Assembly: GCA_043228905.1 (NCBI GenBank)
Contig: JBHGNT010000007.1
Location: 682,001-746,000, forward strand
Direction: 5' to 3'
Length of the DNA stretch: 64,000 bases
Source of the DNA: Azolla caroliniana
Lineage: Eukaryota > Plantae > Polypodiophyta
Shown: one piece after another, positions 35,813-46,355 of the stretch
How the letters are laid out: every line of letters starts with the position of its first letter
How positions within the stretch are numbered: position 1 is the stretch's first letter
Translations under genes and position numbers: made by a program
The notes under the pieces: generated by a model
The model's input: only the letters and a program-made list of their open reading frames with translations
What the model was told of the DNA's origin: nothing
Database searches by the model: none

Positions 35813-38800
35813 GTGGCCCATGTGACAGAAAATGCACTTAGGATGACCTTATGGAATTGTAACGACGCACTTTGGGCACACCCCGGCCACCTAGAGGAGA
35901 TACTAAAGGTATTTGATATACTTTTCTTGGTAGAAACACATCAGAGCCCAAATAGAGGACTCCCACGGGTCAAAGGATTCCGTTGGGAGTCCGCTTTTAG
36001 ACAAACCTCACGTCGACACACTACTAGGGGATTTGGAGGTGTCGCGATACTGTTTCGTAGAGAGCTACATAATAGGATAGAAATAATGAAGATAGACCCA
36101 GAAGCTCGTTTTATGTGGGTGAAAGTCTCCACAAGCAAAGACCAGGCAGTATTTTTCGCCATTTGTTACTTTCCCCCAAAAGGATCCTGTTATAATATTG
36201 GTGGCTTGGCGAGATTAGTCGATGAAGGAATGCCACATGGGCCTTCTCCATACGAACCCCTATTGGATGACATAATCCGATATTCTTCCCAAGGAGAAGT
36301 ATTTCTTGTAGGAGACTTCAATGCGAGAACACAATCTTGACAATGCACAGTATTTTAGATGAATAGAAATGTAGAAATGGTAAATGTCGATCCTTTAGAC
36401 ATAGGCACCACACGTAGATCAAAGGATCAAGGTGCGGACGCCACGAGCTTTGGCCATCATCTGCTCGAACTTGGCAGTCGGCACCAGATGGTCATATATA
36501 ATGGTTTAGCTAAGTGGTCGGGCTCGGAAGAGCTCACATCTTTCCCACATGGAGGAGGGGAAAGCACAGTTGATTATCTAATAGGACGCCCTGAAGCTAC
36601 CCACATGATAAACTCCTTCCGAGTGGCCCCATGCCCTATTGGCGCAGACCATAGTTTCTTATACTTCGAGCTAAAATGTGATATCTCTAAGGTCACCAAG
36701 TCTAGTCAACCATACCATCACACCACAATACATTTCACACATGAGCTCTCTGACATATACTCTCAACATGTTCAGGCCCATCTCCCCTCCCTTGATCCCT
36801 CCCTATCGTTAGAAAGCCTTAGTACGAAACACACACACATCCTTCACTCCGCAATAGCTAGCAGTTTCCCATATACAAAACACTCAAATCAAGGTAGATC
36901 AGGATCAATGCCACAAAATAAATGGTATGATGAGGATTGTAGGGACTTACATAGACAACTTACAGTATCACAACTCAATGGTAGTATTACCTCCATACAA
37001 GCTCGCAAAGAAATGCGCAAGATGACACTTCGTAAGAGACGAGTGTGGGAGGCATCCCAATATTGGGAACTCTACCATATGCTCATGAGTAGTGATTGCG
37101 TCACGGCATGGAAGAGACTACGGGAGCCAAGACCACAAACACCCATCGAAGATCCCGAAACTTGGCACACATATACAGAGAGACTTTACCAAATCCCAAA
37201 CCAACCACCCATTCCAATGCCTTCCACACCCCGGCCTACCACGGGGACACTTTTCACGACCTCTAGGGTCGTGAAGGTCATAAAGAAATTACAACATAGG
37301 AAGTCCATGGACCACACAGGATTGCGAGCAGAACACATTATATATGCGAGAGAGTGCCTAGCTCCCTTACTAACTCTAATCTTCAATCGTGCCCTTGCGG
37401 AGGGTTTTCCACCACAGTGGACTATGAATACAGTGGTCCCCATACATAAAGGGGGGGACCCCATGGACCCAAATACATATAGGACCATTATGATAGGCCA
37501 TACCCTTGCTAAGTTATATGGTGCAGTAATGGAAGCAGAGCTTAGCGACTATATGGAGACCCTAAACCTTCGTGCACCTGAACAAGCTGGCTTTAGATGA
37601 GCCTTCTCCACTATTGATCATATCTTCACACGTAGATGCGTAATTGACCAAACTAAGGCTAGCAAGAAGAAATTATATTGTTGTTTTGTGGACTTCCGCA
37701 AAGCCTTTGACACAGTCCCTAGAGAGCGGTTGTTTGATAGACTTAAAAGCTTGAGGATACTAGATGATATGGTATGGGCCATCTACGCACTATATGAACA
37801 AGTGTCCGGGTGTGTCCGATGCCCAGGTGGCCTATCCAATCGTTTCACTTGCACTATTGGTGTAAAACAAGGTTGCCCCCTATCACCGACGCTTTTTGGG
37901 ATCTACATTGATGAGATCACAGATTTTATTGCTCGTGAGGGAGGCACCGGAGTGGTCCGTGGGGATACGCAGGTTCGTATCTTGCTCTATGCGGATGACA
38001 TAATTTTGCTCTCTGAATCCGAACACGACCTACAAAGGCACCTTAATGCATTAGATGACTTTTGTGTACAACGAGGATTGGTAGTGAATCTAGGGAAAGC
38101 GAAAGTCCTTATCTTCCACACATTGGCCCAAGTTAGAGCTAAGTGTCACCTAACTATCTCCCATAGCCCAGTCGAGGTGGTTGGATCATACGTCTATCTT
38201 GGAGTCACTTTTAGTGCCCGCTTAGGTAAATTTTCGATGACAGAGGCGACGAAGGATAGTCTCACGAGAGGACATGCATCCCTCTCAATCCTAGAGAGAC
38301 AATGCCACCAAGCACACTTTCAAGAGCCACGGACTAAAGGGTGGCTCTTTGACTCATTAGTGACCCCCTCCCTCATGTATGCATCAGTGGTTTGGGCTCT
38401 AGGATTACCATCTTTCATGTGGACGCAATTAGAGAGACCATTGGTGATGATGCTATCACGCCAACTCCGAAGCAAATCGACTGTACCACATGACATTATT
38501 AGGGCTGAGTTCACGTTACCCCCAATGTTAGTAGAGGCACTTTTTCAACTTGTAGTCTTCATTCACAGGATACATAGCCAACCACATGATAGAATATCTT
38601 ATCAAGCCTTTAAGGCCTCTCGATCATTGTATGAGTCCGACTATACTAGCTCATGGTATGGCATGATGGTGAGTTGGCTTCTTGCGAATGGTCTAGACAT
38701 TAATAACCTACCTCCCCTTAGGTACAACCACACGAGTGATAACACTTTAATCTCTCATGAGGACCGCAATAAAGTAATATGCCAAGAAATATGGCAAATT

Positions 38801-39556
38801 TACACTCGGTGTAAATGGATCACCCCACTAGAGCCACTCCCATCTAAAATGTTGTACTATAAGAAACACTTCATGCACTTCTCTGAGTTAGGTTTTATCA
38901 CGCGGCCAAAATATCTAGATGTATTCTTACCACATGCACTAAGGGTTGCCATTGGACAACGTAGAATATCATCTCACCAACTTGAGATTGAGAATGGTCG
39001 TACTAGTGGAGTCCCTAGGCAGGAAAGGATATGTAGGTTATGTCACATAGAGATAGAGGATGAGTACCACTTTACATGCAAGTGTCCAACCTATGCCGAG
39101 ATAAGGGCAAAAGACCAAGGCATACTTGGTTCGTCTCCCACCCTTCCCAAACTATTAGATATTCTAGATATAAAGAAATTAGGCAAATACATTCTAGAGC
39201 TAAAACAACACAGAGAGAATAAGTTACAAAATGTTGACAATAATGTTGCTAATGATCACGAACATGTAACAAATGAAGTTTTTCAGGAACAGGGGGAGAC
39301 AACGAATGCCGACACACTTGCACCACTCGGCCTTTCCATTGATGAGGCAGAAAACCAGAGAAGAACTAGACGTCCTTGGGTGCCGGGTTTCAAAGCAACT
39401 CAACGTGATGTGGAAGCAATATTGAAAATAAGGGAATGTAAGCTACACCGCCTAGAAGCCATGGCTAGGGCACTCTCTACATTGGAACCACGGGTCACAC
39501 CCACATCAAGACCCTTTGACCCCCCACTTCTTTTCGAGAGGCTTGGGTGGAAATAA
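35813..39556 (+). pseudogene. LINE ORF2 (AP endonuclease, RT, CCHC finger) with three in-frame stops
   Basis: WNCN, LVET, GDFNAR, TVDY, ADH, EQAGFR, DFRKAFD, GVKQGCPLSP, YADD, RICRLC..EDEYHF..C, all in one frame; stops end at 36340, 36358 and 37600. Confidence 0.93.
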
Positions 39557-39881
39557 AATTAGGCTTAGTGTATAGTCACTTTCGAGTATACTACGTATTG
39601 TACACTACTAGAACTCTTTTAGTTTAAGTTCTATTTTTTACTTAATTTTATTTTAGTTATGATGACTGGATAAATACACTTTTGTTGTAAACCAATTGTC
39701 TCATGGGCCAAATTTGGCCTTAGAAGACGTTAATATATCTTTCTTTCTTTCTCTATCTGTGTCCTCTTGTATATGCCCGTTCCGGGCCTCGCATCCTCAT
39801 CTTTGTACGTGCTCGCTCCGAACCATTTTGCGTTGAGCTCTCTTCTGGCGGTAGTGCGTAGTCATACGCCGCCCTCTCTTC

Positions 39882-40529
39882 TCAGCCACTCGCGGGCCGT
39901 GTTGGGGCCGACCGCCTCGCATCATGTTGCCGGCACACCCATTTCACCTCGGACCACTCCTCGGTGAGACCATGTGCTCCATAATCATCTTGAAGCTCAA
40001 ATAAGATGTCCATCCTCTCCTCATGATGGACCATCTTAAAAAATAGGAGGACTTTGTCCGCCCCCACCGATCTCCGTTCCCATTCCGAGAGTTGAGAGAA
40101 ACGACGCTCGAACTCTCGGAATGTCTCCATCGCGCTCTGATGACGCCTCGCCGATGCCACCCACCGATCGAACTCATGTCGACCTCTTCCTTCCGGGTCC
40201 GCGTACCCGTACGCCTCCAATAGAGCTCCCTCAAAGGATTCCCACGATTCGTGAGCTTCTCGGAGCTCCTTGACCTCCTCGTACCTTGATACGGCCGCCA
40301 CTCGACAAAAAAAATCTAGCCTTGTTGCTTCGTCCACACCCCGCTCTGTCATCTCGACATTGTAAGCTCTCAAAAAATTTGGGACCTCATTCCCATTGAA
40401 CCGGCTGACTCGATCGACCACCCTTTCGACAACTTGTTGAGCCGCATCTTGCTTCGCCATCTTCCGTCTGGCTTCCATCACGATCTTTGCCATCATATCC
40501 TCGAAGTCGAAGTCTTCTTCCATCTCCAT
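39882..40529 (-). pseudogene. Truncated gag-like ORF of K
   Basis: Starts just after the PBS; RFNGNEVPNFLRAY..WESFEGALLEAY capsid-like pattern. Confidence 0.7.
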
Positions 40530-41088
40530 GCTCCCTTGCCTCCCTTCATGTCGGGTTCACCAAATATGTCGCATTGTTACGCGCGTGCGTGTAGAAGGGG
40601 CGGGACCACGGGGATCTCAGACTAGGGAGTAGAGGTGAAAGAATAAGATATGATTTGGAAGCTTAGCTCAAGAGGAGAAGAGGAAAGAATAAGACCATGA
40701 CATAGAAGGAGAGATCGGCCGAGGCAAGATGCTCAACAAGTTATATTAAAACAAACGAATGATTACAACAATGGTGGCCGCATGGGCTGCACCAAACGAC
40801 TATGAGAGAACCCTAACCGAGGATGATTAAGGAAACCCTAAACGAAACCCTAACCCTAAAATGGTAAGAACTCTAGACTAAGTGGTATACCTTTCATACG
40901 CAAAATAGGCAACCCCTTCATAAGTGACCCCTCCCTTCCTTTTATAGCCCAAGGAGGGAGGGACCTTACAATGTGGGATAAAATTTCCCCTCTTATTTCT
41001 ATAGACCATTTCCTAGTATACGTGTGCACATGTTGCACACCACCGACTTGCCCATTCCACCTCGGTTTCCCCCTATGGACGAAAATCT

Positions 41089-44000
41089 TGTCGTGAATCA
41101 ACGATTCGATTCACCTTCTTCCCTCGGCCACAACCGAGTAGTTACGGATCAATGAAGCAGAAAATAGGAACCAAAAGAGAGAAATACACGATTACACAGG
41201 GATTAACGTGGAAAACCCTAGATGGGAAAAAACCACGGGAGTACAAGACTCCAAACAACGCTATACAAAGAGAAGTATACAATGACGAGCTACAAGGCGA
41301 CGACCTTGAGCTCGCTGTCCTCGCCACAGGCGGCGGAAATACACAGAGGCGTCGTCCTCTTCCTCTCTCGCGCTCTATCTCTCTCTCTCTCGCACGGCTG
41401 CTCCCTCTTCACTCCTCTAAAGTGGAAAAACAGAAAAATAAGAAGCAACAGTAAAACTGTTTGCCCTAAGTCATATTTATACTTATATGACTTTGGGCTA
41501 TTTACAACTGTAGCCACATGGGCCCATAGGAAAACATATTCACGGATATGTCCCTGCATCCGGATCGCTCTCCGGGTACATTCGTCATCCGGTACCGAAA
41601 CCGAAACCGGGACCGTCCCGTCCGGATCCGACCATCCCATTCGAAGGGACCGTAATCCCAACAAACTCCCCCTTCACTTCGGCATGGGATGTCTCTCCAA
41701 TCCGATCCTCTTCCGGCATGCTTCCAGCTTGTCGGGTGTGAGCACCTTGGTCAGCATATCCGACCCGTTCTCGTCCGTGTGGATCTTCGTCAGCACGAAC
41801 TCCTTGTCTTCTATCCTTTCCCGGATCCAGTGATATCTTCGCTGGATGTGCTTCGTCCGGGAGTGATAGGCCGCGTTCTTTGCAAGGTGGATTGCACTCT
41901 GACTGTCGCAGTAGAGTCGGTACTCCTTCTGCCGGATACCGAGCTCTCCAATGAAGTCCTTCATCCATATTATTTCCTTGCCGGCTTCAACAGCCGCCAT
42001 GTACTCCGCCTCCGTGGTTGACAGCGCAACCGTCTTCTGCAGCCTCGACTGCCATGAAACAGCTCCCCCTGCATACGTCATCACATACCCTGATGTGGAC
42101 CGGCTGGTATCTGCATCAGCCGACATATCCGAATCGGTAAAGCCGTCGAGTTCGGGCTTTCCGGAGCCGAATCGGAGGCACACGTTTGCTATGCCCTTCA
42201 GGTATCGGAGTATCCACTTGGCCGCGTTCCAATGCTCTTTACCGGGATTGCTCATGTACCGGCTCACCACTCCGACTGCATATCCGATGTCCGGTCTCGT
42301 ACACACCATGGCGTACATCAAGCTCCCGACGACTGAGGCATACGGCACTTTCTTCATATCCTCCTTTTCAGCCTTTGTCTTGGGACTTTGCTTGCTGGAC
42401 AGCTTGCAGTTTGTCGGGAGGGACGATCCGACCGGTCTCGCTTCCGACATGTTGAACCGGTGAAGCACCTTCGTCACGTACTTCTCCTGTGACAGCCACA
42501 ACTGCTTCTTCTTCCGGTCCCGGATGATGTGCATCCCTAGTATTTGTCTCGCCGGACCCAGGTCCTTCATTGAGAAGGTTCGGTGAAGAGCCTTCTTCAG
42601 CATCCGTATCTTGACCTGGTCCCGTCCGACGATCAACATGTCGTCCACGTACAGGAGGAGTATTAGAGAGTCTCCTCCTTCGAACTTCTTCACAAACACG
42701 CAGTGGTCGGACTGCGTTTTGAGGTACCCTTCGTCGGTCATGAAGGAGTCGAACTTCCGGTACCATTGCCGGGGAGCCTGCTTCAGTCCGTAAAGGCTCT
42801 TCTTCAACCGGCATACCAGGTGCTCCTTCCCTTTCTTCTCGAATCCTTCCGGTTGCTGCATGTAGATCTCTTCTTCGAGGTCACCGTGAAGGAATGCCGT
42901 CTTCACGTCCATCTGTTCTACCTCGAGGTCCATGCTTGCCGCTATGCTCAGCACCGTCCGGATGGAGGTCATCTTCACTACCGGGGCAAATATCTCGTCG
43001 AAGTCGACGCCCTTCTTCTGCTGAAACCCCTTCACCACGATCCTGGCTTTGTATCTCGGGGGGTTTCCGGCATCTCCCGGTTTCAGCTTGAACACCCACT
43101 TGTTACGGAGTGCCCGTTTTCCTTTCGGCAACTCCACAAGTTCATATGTGTGGTTCTCATGCAGGGAATCCATCTCGTCCTGCATGGCACTCAACCACCT
43201 GCGGCTCTGGGTGTCATGCTTTGCTTCTTCAAAGCTCTCCGGCTCCCCTTCGTCGGTTAGCAGCACGTGCTCTGGTTCCGGAAATCTCCGGGGGGCCCTT
43301 CTCTCTCTTAGAGGATATCTCCGTTCCGGAGCTTCGGTAACCGGTTCTTCTGATTCTTCTTCTTCATCCGAATCCATTTCGGGATCGGGAACGGTTCCGG
43401 TATCATTTTCATCTTCCTCGGCCGGTTCTCTTTCTTCACCGTCTTCGGCCGGATCCTCGAGTGCTAACCGGTCCCTTGCCGGTCGGGACTGCTCCTCGTA
43501 GAGTTTATCCTCACCGGTCGACTTGGAGCTCTTCATCTTCTTCTCCGACTCCAAGTCGGCGAGTGTCTTGTCCTCCATGAAGATGATGTCTCGACTCCTG
43601 AATATCTTCTTGTCGACCGGGTCCCATACTCGGTAGCCGAACTCGTCGTCGCCGTAACCGAGGAATATGCATGGCCGGGTCTTTGGATCTAGCTTCCCTC
43701 TCCGGTCCTTTGCCACATGCACGTATGCGAGACACCCGAACACCTTCAGATGCCGGTAGGATACTTCCCTACCGGTCCACACTCTCTGCGGCGTGTCTCC
43801 GTCCAAAGGTACTGAGGGTGATCTGTTTATCACATATGTCGCCGTCGACATTGCCTCAGCCCAAAATCCCTTGGGTAATTTCGCATGCGCCAGCATACTC
43901 CGGACCCTCTCCATTATGGTCCGGTTCATCCTCTCGGCCAGCCCGTTCAGTTCCGGCGTCTTCGGCACAGTAAACTCGAGCCGGATTCCCTTCGAGCGAC

Positions 44001-46355
44001 AGTACTCCTGGAACTGCCCCCGGTATTCCCCTCCGTTATCCGCTCGTATCGCTTTCAGCTTCTTGCCGGATTCCCTTTCCACTCTCGCGTGGAGATCTTT
44101 GAAGACGCACAACACTTGGTCCTTTGTCTTCATCGGAGCCGTCCACAGTTTTCGGCTATGATCATCGATGAATGTTACGAAGTACTGGGCTCCGCCATGT
44201 GACTTCGTTTCTACCTGACACACATCAGTGTGCACCAACTCCAATGGTGCGCTACGTCTCGTCGGTGGCCTTGAGTGGAAGGAGGTCCGGTTTTGCTTAC
44301 CGGCCAGACAGTCGGTGCACCTCTCCAGGTGCACATGCTTCACTGGAATAAGATTGTCTTCTGCAAGCCTCTTCATCCCCTTCTCACTCATATGGCACAG
44401 TCTCTTGTGCCACAGCTCACCGGCAGTGTCGGCTGCCACATTCAGCTCTTCCGGACATAACCGGGCATTCATCAGGTACAGTGTGTTGTCTTTCCGGGCC
44501 CGAGCCACTATCAGGCTCCCCTTGCTGAACTTCATTACGCCGTTCTGGATGCTACCCGTGTAGCCTTCGTCATCTAGCCTCCCGGCCGAAATCAGGTTCA
44601 GTCGGACCTCCGGAACGTGTCGGACATTCTTCAGCAGCATTTTGCATCCGGTCGGGGTTGTCAGCCACACATCTCCTATGCCGGCAATCCGGCACGTACC
44701 TTCGTTTCCCATCCGAACACAGCCATGCTCACCGGCTGTGTAGGATGAGAAGTATCTTCTCTCCGGGGTCAGGTGGAACGATGCTCCGGAATCGACCACC
44801 CAGGTCGTCTCATCGCCGGCAATGTTTAGCTCACCTTCTTCGGTGATGAGCATGATTTCTTCTTCACTTGCCGCGAGTGCCGTCGTTCCTTTCCGGTCCT
44901 GCCCTCGCCGATCCGAACCTCTCCGGTCCGTGGCTCCCCGGTATGCACCGCTTCTCTCCGGTGACTTCTTCGAATCGGTGTCGTCGGCTCCGTTGTCTTT
45001 TCGGTAATGCCGACAATTCTTTCGGAAGTGCCCCGGCTTCCCACAGTGGAAGCATGTGGGCCTTCCTCTTGACTGCGACCGGGTCCCCGACTTCTCCCGT
45101 CTTTGCGGACTCCAGTTCCATTGTCTTCCCCGATCCGATTCGGTAAATAGCATCTTCGGTTCGGAGGCCGGTTCCTTGTCTCTCCGACGCGCTTCTTCGT
45201 TCAAGATACTTGTCTTTACCGTTTGCAAGGACAAGTTATCTTCGGTGCAGGAGGTGCTGAGAGTCACCACCAAGTTCTCCCAGCTGTCCGGCAATGTACA
45301 CATCAGGATGATGGCTTGCATTGCATCCTCCAGCGGGAACTTGATCGCCGCAAGCGGATTCACGAATCCCATGAACGTGCTTACGTGTTCCACCATACTC
45401 TCGCCGTCCCGGTACTTGAGATTCACAATCTTCCTCATCAGGGAGGTCCGGTTCAACGCATTCTTCCTCTCGTAGAGGCCCGACAGCTTCTTCCACATTT
45501 CATATGCGTTGGTGTCGTTCGCCACATGTTGTAGGACGCTTACATCGACATATTGTCGGATCGTCGCTACGGCTTTCCGGTTCAGGAGCTTCCACTCCGA
45601 CTCAAGTACCCCCTTCGGTATTTCCGACCTGTCAATCGGTTCATACAGGTCCCGAACAATCAGAAGATCCTCCATCTTGATCTTCCAGTCGGCGTAATTC
45701 TGTGCATTCAGCACCATCATCCCCGGCTGCCCGCTGCCGCCGCCTTCCATTTTCTGCAGCAGTTCGCTCTGATACCAATTTGTCGTGAATCAACGATTCG
45801 ATTCACCTTCTTCCCTCGGCCACAACCGAGTAGTTACGGATCAATGAAGCAGAAAATAGGAACCAAAAGAGAGAAATACACGATTACACAGGGATTAACG
45901 TGGAAAACCCTAGATGGGAAAAAACCACGGGAGTACAAGACTCCAAACAACGCTATACAAAGAGAAGTATACAATGACGAGCTACAAGGCGACGACCTTG
46001 AGCTCGCTGTCCTCGCCACAGGCGGCGGAAATACACAGAGGCGTCGTCCTCTTCCTCTCTCGCGCTCTATCTCTCTCTCTCTCGCACGGCTGCTCCCTCT
46101 TCACTCCTCTAAAGTGGAAAAACAGAAAAATAAGAAGCAACAGTAAAACTGTTTGCCCTAAGTCATATTTATACTTATATGACTTTGGGCTATTTACAAC
46201 TGTAGCCACATGGGCCCATAGGAAAACATATTCACGGATATGTCCCTGCATCCGGATCGCTCTCCGGGTACATTCGTCATCCGGTACCGAAACCGAAACC
46301 GGGACCGTCCCGTCCGGATCCGACCATCCCATTCGAAGGGACCGTAATCCCAACA
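41089..46355 (-). mobile_element. Intact Ty1/Copia element H (Tnt1/Tork-like), potentially active
   Basis: 575-bp LTRs 41089-41663 and 45781-46355 with no difference noticed; TSD AATCT; iMet PBS 45766-45777; PPT; single uninterrupted ORF. Confidence 0.98.
41674..45750 (-). CDS. Complete gag-pol polyprotein of H (1358 aa)
   Basis: CFHCGKPGHFRKNC, WVVDSGAS, HTDV/ADNG/AER integrase triad, YVDD, DSD..EAEY..CDSQSA RNase H. Confidence 0.97.
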   Translation of the reverse strand: MEGGGSGQPGMMVLNAQNYADWKIKMEDLLIVRDLYEPIDRSEIPKGVLESEWKLLNRKAVATIRQYVDVSVLQHVANDTNAYEMWKKLSGLYERKNALNRTSLMRKIVNLKYRDGESMVEHVSTFMGFVNPLAAIKFPLEDAMQAIILMCTLPDSWENLVVTLSTSCTEDNLSLQTVKTSILNEEARRRDKEPASEPKMLFTESDRGRQWNWSPQRREKSGTRSQSRGRPTCFHCGKPGHFRKNCRHYRKDNGADDTDSKKSPERSGAYRGATDRRGSDRRGQDRKGTTALAASEEEIMLITEEGELNIAGDETTWVVDSGASFHLTPERRYFSSYTAGEHGCVRMGNEGTCRIAGIGDVWLTTPTGCKMLLKNVRHVPEVRLNLISAGRLDDEGYTGSIQNGVMKFSKGSLIVARARKDNTLYLMNARLCPEELNVAADTAGELWHKRLCHMSEKGMKRLAEDNLIPVKHVHLERCTDCLAGKQNRTSFHSRPPTRRSAPLELVHTDVCQVETKSHGGAQYFVTFIDDHSRKLWTAPMKTKDQVLCVFKDLHARVERESGKKLKAIRADNGGEYRGQFQEYCRSKGIRLEFTVPKTPELNGLAERMNRTIMERVRSMLAHAKLPKGFWAEAMSTATYVINRSPSVPLDGDTPQRVWTGREVSYRHLKVFGCLAYVHVAKDRRGKLDPKTRPCIFLGYGDDEFGYRVWDPVDKKIFRSRDIIFMEDKTLADLESEKKMKSSKSTGEDKLYEEQSRPARDRLALEDPAEDGEEREPAEEDENDTGTVPDPEMDSDEEEESEEPVTEAPERRYPLRERRAPRRFPEPEHVLLTDEGEPESFEEAKHDTQSRRWLSAMQDEMDSLHENHTYELVELPKGKRALRNKWVFKLKPGDAGNPPRYKARIVVKGFQQKKGVDFDEIFAPVVKMTSIRTVLSIAASMDLEVEQMDVKTAFLHGDLEEEIYMQQPEGFEKKGKEHLVCRLKKSLYGLKQAPRQWYRKFDSFMTDEGYLKTQSDHCVFVKKFEGGDSLILLLYVDDMLIVGRDQVKIRMLKKALHRTFSMKDLGPARQILGMHIIRDRKKKQLWLSQEKYVTKVLHRFNMSEARPVGSSLPTNCKLSSKQSPKTKAEKEDMKKVPYASVVGSLMYAMVCTRPDIGYAVGVVSRYMSNPGKEHWNAAKWILRYLKGIANVCLRFGSGKPELDGFTDSDMSADADTSRSTSGYVMTYAGGAVSWQSRLQKTVALSTTEAEYMAAVEAGKEIIWMKDFIGELGIRQKEYRLYCDSQSAIHLAKNAAYHSRTKHIQRRYHWIRERIEDKEFVLTKIHTDENGSDMLTKVLTPDKLEACRKRIGLERHPMPK

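Larger units (their letters stand above)
27945..39758 (+). mobile_element. 5'-truncated non-LTR retrotransposon (LINE, RTEX-like), interrupted by solo LTR P and element G
   Basis: ORF1 halves at about 27970-28444 and 35558-35806; ORF2 with APE, RT and CCHC; ends in a CT-rich tail at 39738-39758. Confidence 0.9.

Noticed and set aside
19638-45697. Many antisense and alternate-frame ORFs shared between F and H
   Set aside because: Shadows of the GC-rich gag-pol frame, duplicated only because the elements are close homologs.
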